A DNA stretch of 64,000 bases from Alphaproteobacteria bacterium UBA2966 (GTDB lineage Bacteria; Pseudomonadota; Alphaproteobacteria; UBA2966): contig DEBC01000130.1 of the NCBI GenBank assembly GCA_002348365.1, positions 15,224 to 79,223 of the forward strand, given 5' to 3'. Numbering within the stretch: position 1 is the first letter of the stretch; every line of letters starts with the position of its first letter. The notes under the pieces were generated by a model that was given only the letters and a program-made list of their open reading frames with translations, did not search any database and was not told the origin of the DNA. Position numbers and translations under genes: made by a program. Below, piece after piece: positions 60,619 through 64,000 of this stretch.

Positions 60619-60783
60619 GCCATCTTCGTATCAGAAATTGGACCTGAAGGCCTCGATTCAGTTGCCATCCGCCACCGCTGGCGGTCGCCCGGATCCGACG
60701 TCCGGGGACCGTGGAGTTGACAGAATTCCTCCGCATACCTATGTTTCGCGCCGGTCTGGAGCCATCAAAGCCATTTGAATGCC

Positions 60784-60909
60784 ATGAAGGTCGTCAATTC
60801 ACTGAAATCCGCCAAGAAGCGGCACCGTAACTGCCGGGTGGTGCGCCGCCGCGGCCGTGTCTATGTGATCAACAAGACCAACCGGCGTTTCAAGGCTCGC
60901 CAAGGCTGA
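60784..60909 (+). CDS. rpmJ: 50S ribosomal protein L36, zinc-independent (YkgO/RpmJ2-like) form
   Basis: [41 protein letters not shown] (41 aa). Below the ORF-track size cutoff; followed by an intrinsic terminator. Confidence 0.85.
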   Translation: MKVVNSLKSAKKRHRNCRVVRRRGRVYVINKTNRRFKARQG

Positions 60910-60938
60910 ATCGCCTCAAGTACGTTCTATGGTTTTGG

Positions 60939-60964
60939 ACCGCGCCTGTTGGCGCGGTTTTTTT
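60939..60964 (+). terminator. rho-independent terminator downstream of rpmJ
   Basis: ACCGCGCC-tgtt-GGCGCGGT hairpin followed by TTTTTTTG. Confidence 0.7.
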
Positions 60965-61086
60965 GTTGTGGCCGCGTGGCGCGAGAAAACGAATATGCCC
61001 GGCCTAGCGAACCTCACCGGCCCGGCGTATGGTTCGCCGGAAGGTAAGGATCCTAGATCCTGGTCGCGTGAGCGAAGGAGCGAGCC

Positions 61087-62574
61087 ATGAGAATGCCTGA
61101 GCCCGATCAAAGCGTCCTCGCCGCGCGCGATACGCTGATTGCCTCCCTGCAAAGCATTGTGGCCGAGGAAGGCGTGATCTGGAGCGAGAACCAGCTCAAG
61201 GCATATGAGTCCGATGGACTCACGGCGTACCGGCAGCTCCCTCTCGTGGTCGTCCTGCCCGAGGACACGCGTCAGGTGTCCGAAATCCTCAAGATCTGTT
61301 CTGAACACGGGGCCAAGGTTGTCCCCCGTGGCGCGGGAACGTCTCTTTCAGGCGGCGCATTGCCGTTGGCCGATGGGGTCCTTCTGGCTCTCGGGAAATT
61401 CAATCGCATTCTCGAGATCGACTACGAGAACCGCTGTGCCGTCGTTCAACCTGGCGTGTCCAATCTTGCCATCAGTGAAGCGGTTGCGGATCAGGGCTTC
61501 TATTATGCGCCCGATCCATCCAGTCAGATTGTCTGTTCCATCGGCGGCAACGTCGCCGAAAACTCCGGTGGTGTTCACTGCCTCAAGTACGGTGTCACGA
61601 CCAACAACATCCTCGGCCTCGAAATCGTTCTCATGAGCGGTGAAATCATCCGTCTCGGCGGAAAACACCTCGACCCGGAAGGGTACGACTTGATGGGCGT
61701 GATGACCGGCTCCGAGGGACTCCTTGGAGTCATCACGGAGGTTACGGTTCGGATTCTCAAGCGGCCCGAATTGGCCCGTGCGGTGCTGGTCGGATTCCCC
61801 GAACTGGAGGATGGCGGGCAATTCGTTGCCGACTTGATCGGCGCCGGCATCATTCCGGCGGGCATGGAAATGATGGACAAGCCGGCCACTCACGCGGCCG
61901 AAGAATATTGTCAGGCCGGCTATCCCCTGGATGCTGAGGCACTGGTGATCGTCGAACTCGACGGGCACTCCACCGAGGTCGATCACCTGATCGGCCAGGT
62001 CGAAGAAATTGCGCACAAATGCGGTGCATCATCGCTGCGCACCAGTCAGTCGGAAGAAGAGCGCCTGAACTTCTGGTCAGGAAGAAAGGCCGCTTTCTCA
62101 TCGATCGGTCGCATTTCGCCGGATTACTTTTGCATGGACGGCACGATTCCACGCCGGTCCTTGCCGGAAGTGCTTAAGCGCATGGCGCAGATGTCCGACA
62201 GGTTTGGTTTGCGGGTCGCAAATGTCTTCCATGCGGGAGACGGCAACCTGCACCCCCTGATTCTTTACGACGCCAACCAGCCTGGAGAGCTGGAAAGAGC
62301 GGAGGAATTCGGAGCTGAGATTCTGAAGCTCTGTGTCGAAGTCGGGGGAGTCCTAACGGGTGAGCATGGGGTCGGCGTGGAAAAGCGCGATCTCATGGGG
62401 GTCATGTTCAGTGAAGCCGATCTGGAGCAGCAGCAACGCCTCAAATGTGCTTTCGATCCCGAAGGGTCCCTGAACCCGGGCAAGGTATTTCCAACGCTTC
62501 ATCGCTGCGCGGAGCTGGGGCGCATGCACGTCCATCGGGGCCAAGTCCCGTTTCCTGATATCGAACGTTTCTAG
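61087..62574 (+). CDS. glcD: glycolate oxidase FAD-linked subunit GlcD
   Basis: 495 aa with FAD-binding PCMH domain (VVLPEDTRQVSEILKICSEHGAKVVPRGAGTSLSGGA) and C-terminal FAD-oxidase_C. Confidence 0.9.
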   Translation: MRMPEPDQSVLAARDTLIASLQSIVAEEGVIWSENQLKAYESDGLTAYRQLPLVVVLPEDTRQVSEILKICSEHGAKVVPRGAGTSLSGGALPLADGVLLALGKFNRILEIDYENRCAVVQPGVSNLAISEAVADQGFYYAPDPSSQIVCSIGGNVAENSGGVHCLKYGVTTNNILGLEIVLMSGEIIRLGGKHLDPEGYDLMGVMTGSEGLLGVITEVTVRILKRPELARAVLVGFPELEDGGQFVADLIGAGIIPAGMEMMDKPATHAAEEYCQAGYPLDAEALVIVELDGHSTEVDHLIGQVEEIAHKCGASSLRTSQSEEERLNFWSGRKAAFSSIGRISPDYFCMDGTIPRRSLPEVLKRMAQMSDRFGLRVANVFHAGDGNLHPLILYDANQPGELERAEEFGAEILKLCVEVGGVLTGEHGVGVEKRDLMGVMFSEADLEQQQRLKCAFDPEGSLNPGKVFPTLHRCAELGRMHVHRGQVPFPDIERF

Positions 62575-62588
62575 GGCAGTTAACGGCC

Positions 62589-63821
62589 GTGTCCGAAACC
62601 TACCGCCCCGCCGATGCGGACCAGGTTCAGGAGATCGTCGCCTGGGCGGTAGCCGAGGAACGACCTCTCGAGATACGCGGAGCCGGATCAAAGCGGGCGT
62701 TGGGGCGGCCCATGGAAGTTTGCAGCACACTCGACCTCTCCGGGTTGACGGGACTTACCTACTATGAGCCGGGCGAACTTGTTCTTGCGGCGTGCAGCGG
62801 CACACCACTCAGCGTGATCGAGGCAAAGCTCGGCGAGAACGCGCAGCGGTTGGCGTTCGAACCTGCAGACTATGGAAGTATCCTGGGTGGCACGGCAGGA
62901 CAATCGACGATTGGAGGTGTTCTAGCCTGCAATATTTCCGGGCCGCGGCGTATCCAGGTTGGTGCCGCACGGGATCACTGTCTCGGCGTCTCGGGCGTTT
63001 CCGGGCGGGGTGAGGCTTTCAAGTCGGGGGGACGGGTTGTCAAGAACGTGACGGGCTATGACCTCTCCAAGCTGATGGCTGGCTCCTACGGCACTCTGGC
63101 AGCACTGACCGAAGTCACGTTCAAGGTTTTGCCGATGCCGGAGAAGACGCGGACCGTCCTGGTGTTTGGATTGAGCGTGTCGGAAGGCATTTCCGTGCTG
63201 GGTCAGGCATCCTCGAGCGATCTCGAACCTTCGGGTTTGAGTCACCTTCCGGCGGCTGCGGCATCCCGGTGTTCGGTTGGCTATGTGACTCAACCGGGCG
63301 ACAGCGTCTCTGCGATACGCATCGAAGGACCAGCGCCGTCGGTGGAAGCCAGATGCCGCTCGTTGCGCGAGATGTTCGAAGATCGGGGTGCGACGGAGGA
63401 GTTGCACGGTCACAATTCATCGACCCTGTGGCGGGAAATAGCGGACGTGGATTTGCTCGGGGAAGCTGGGGGCGATTTGTGGCGCCTTTCTGTCCCGCCC
63501 TCGACCGCCGCCGGTGTTGTCGACCGGATCGGCGCAGCCCTCCCATCAACCTGCGATGCAGAGTTTCTTTTCGATTGGGCTGGCGGTCTCGTCTGGCTCG
63601 ATATCAACGCCGCCAAAGATGCGGCCCACGAACTTGTCCGGGACGCCCTTGCAGCGAGTGGCGGTCATGCCACCCTCATTCGGGCATCGGAAGAGGTTCG
63701 CCGCACAATACCGGTGTTTCAGCCTACAAGCCCTGGCCTTGCGGCACTGAACGCCAGGGTGAAACAGGGTTTTGATCCGCGCGGGCTCCTCAATCCCGGC
63801 CGCATGAGCGCGGAATACTGA
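62589..63821 (+). CDS. glcE: glycolate oxidase FAD-binding subunit GlcE
   Basis: 410 aa (...[14 protein letters not shown]...[22 protein letters not shown]...); directly downstream of glcD. Confidence 0.85.
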   Translation: MSETYRPADADQVQEIVAWAVAEERPLEIRGAGSKRALGRPMEVCSTLDLSGLTGLTYYEPGELVLAACSGTPLSVIEAKLGENAQRLAFEPADYGSILGGTAGQSTIGGVLACNISGPRRIQVGAARDHCLGVSGVSGRGEAFKSGGRVVKNVTGYDLSKLMAGSYGTLAALTEVTFKVLPMPEKTRTVLVFGLSVSEGISVLGQASSSDLEPSGLSHLPAAAASRCSVGYVTQPGDSVSAIRIEGPAPSVEARCRSLREMFEDRGATEELHGHNSSTLWREIADVDLLGEAGGDLWRLSVPPSTAAGVVDRIGAALPSTCDAEFLFDWAGGLVWLDINAAKDAAHELVRDALAASGGHATLIRASEEVRRTIPVFQPTSPGLAALNARVKQGFDPRGLLNPGRMSAEY

Positions 63822-63835
63822 GGCGAGATCCCCGG

Positions 63836-64000
63836 ATGCAGACGCATTTCACTGAAGAGCAGCTTGCCATCCCCGCGATCGCCGAGGCGAACCGTGTGCT
63901 GCGGAAGTGCGTGCATTGCGGATTCTGTCTGGCAACCTGCCCCACGTACGTCCTGCTGGGGGACGAACTCGATTCTCCACGGGGCCGAATATATCTGATG
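63836..64000 (+). CDS. glcF: glycolate oxidase iron-sulfur subunit GlcF (5' part, truncated by window end)
   Basis: [55 protein letters not shown]; ferredoxin-type CxxCxxCxxxCP cluster motif. Confidence 0.8.
   Translation, partial: MQTHFTEEQLAIPAIAEANRVLRKCVHCGFCLATCPTYVLLGDELDSPRGRIYLM

Noticed and set aside
1-64000. CRISPR arrays, transposases, toxin-antitoxin pairs
   Set aside because: Apart from the short local repeats reported above, I saw no regularly spaced direct repeats, no IS-like inverted terminal repeats and no recognisable transposase, Cas or toxin-antitoxin proteins on either strand.

Overview
High-GC (~62%) alphaproteobacterial chromosomal segment, densely packed with about 60 genes; most are conserved housekeeping or metabolic genes in syntenies typical of alphaproteobacteria. 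There is no transposase, phage module or CRISPR array. Main blocks, in order: Suv3-like helicase (partial); methylmalonyl-CoA mutase plus MeaB; rpmB; cobT-cobS plus a J-domain protein; tandem AEC transporters; CorC; aroB-aroK; xerD; a CitE-like lyase plus accA; secA and argJ, divergent; mutT; comF-grxC-nitrilase; ubiG and lysC, divergent; rodZ-ispG-hisS-prfA-prmC-DUF4167-clpB; an M23 peptidase; an AmmeMemoRadiSam locus with a fused AmrB-AmrA protein; tRNA-Val(GAC); an enolase-superfamily gene; rpmJ; glcDEF. Points worth a second look: (1) four otherwise intact conserved genes (dienelactone hydrolase, comF, a cyclase-family gene, a RimJ/L-like GNAT) are each cut by exactly one in-frame stop (three TAG, one TGA) and no frameshift was seen; (2) the AmmeMemoRadiSam locus has AmrB and AmrA fused in one 472-aa protein, and the interrupted cyclase gene is the first gene of that operon; (3) a lower-GC patch beside tRNA-Val encodes two paralogous small glycine-zipper-like membrane proteins sharing a W-x-D-[DE]-[FL]-ELALP motif; (4) an extremely acidic 135-aa protein is translationally coupled (ATGA) to meaB; (5) three small ORFs below the ORF-track size cutoff look real: a YqaE/Pmp3 proteolipid, ribosomal protein L36, and a 46-aa single-TM peptide; (6) a PAS-GHKL protein lacks any phospho-acceptor His. 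All coordinates are from reading the sequence; start codons are uncertain to within a few codons in several genes.
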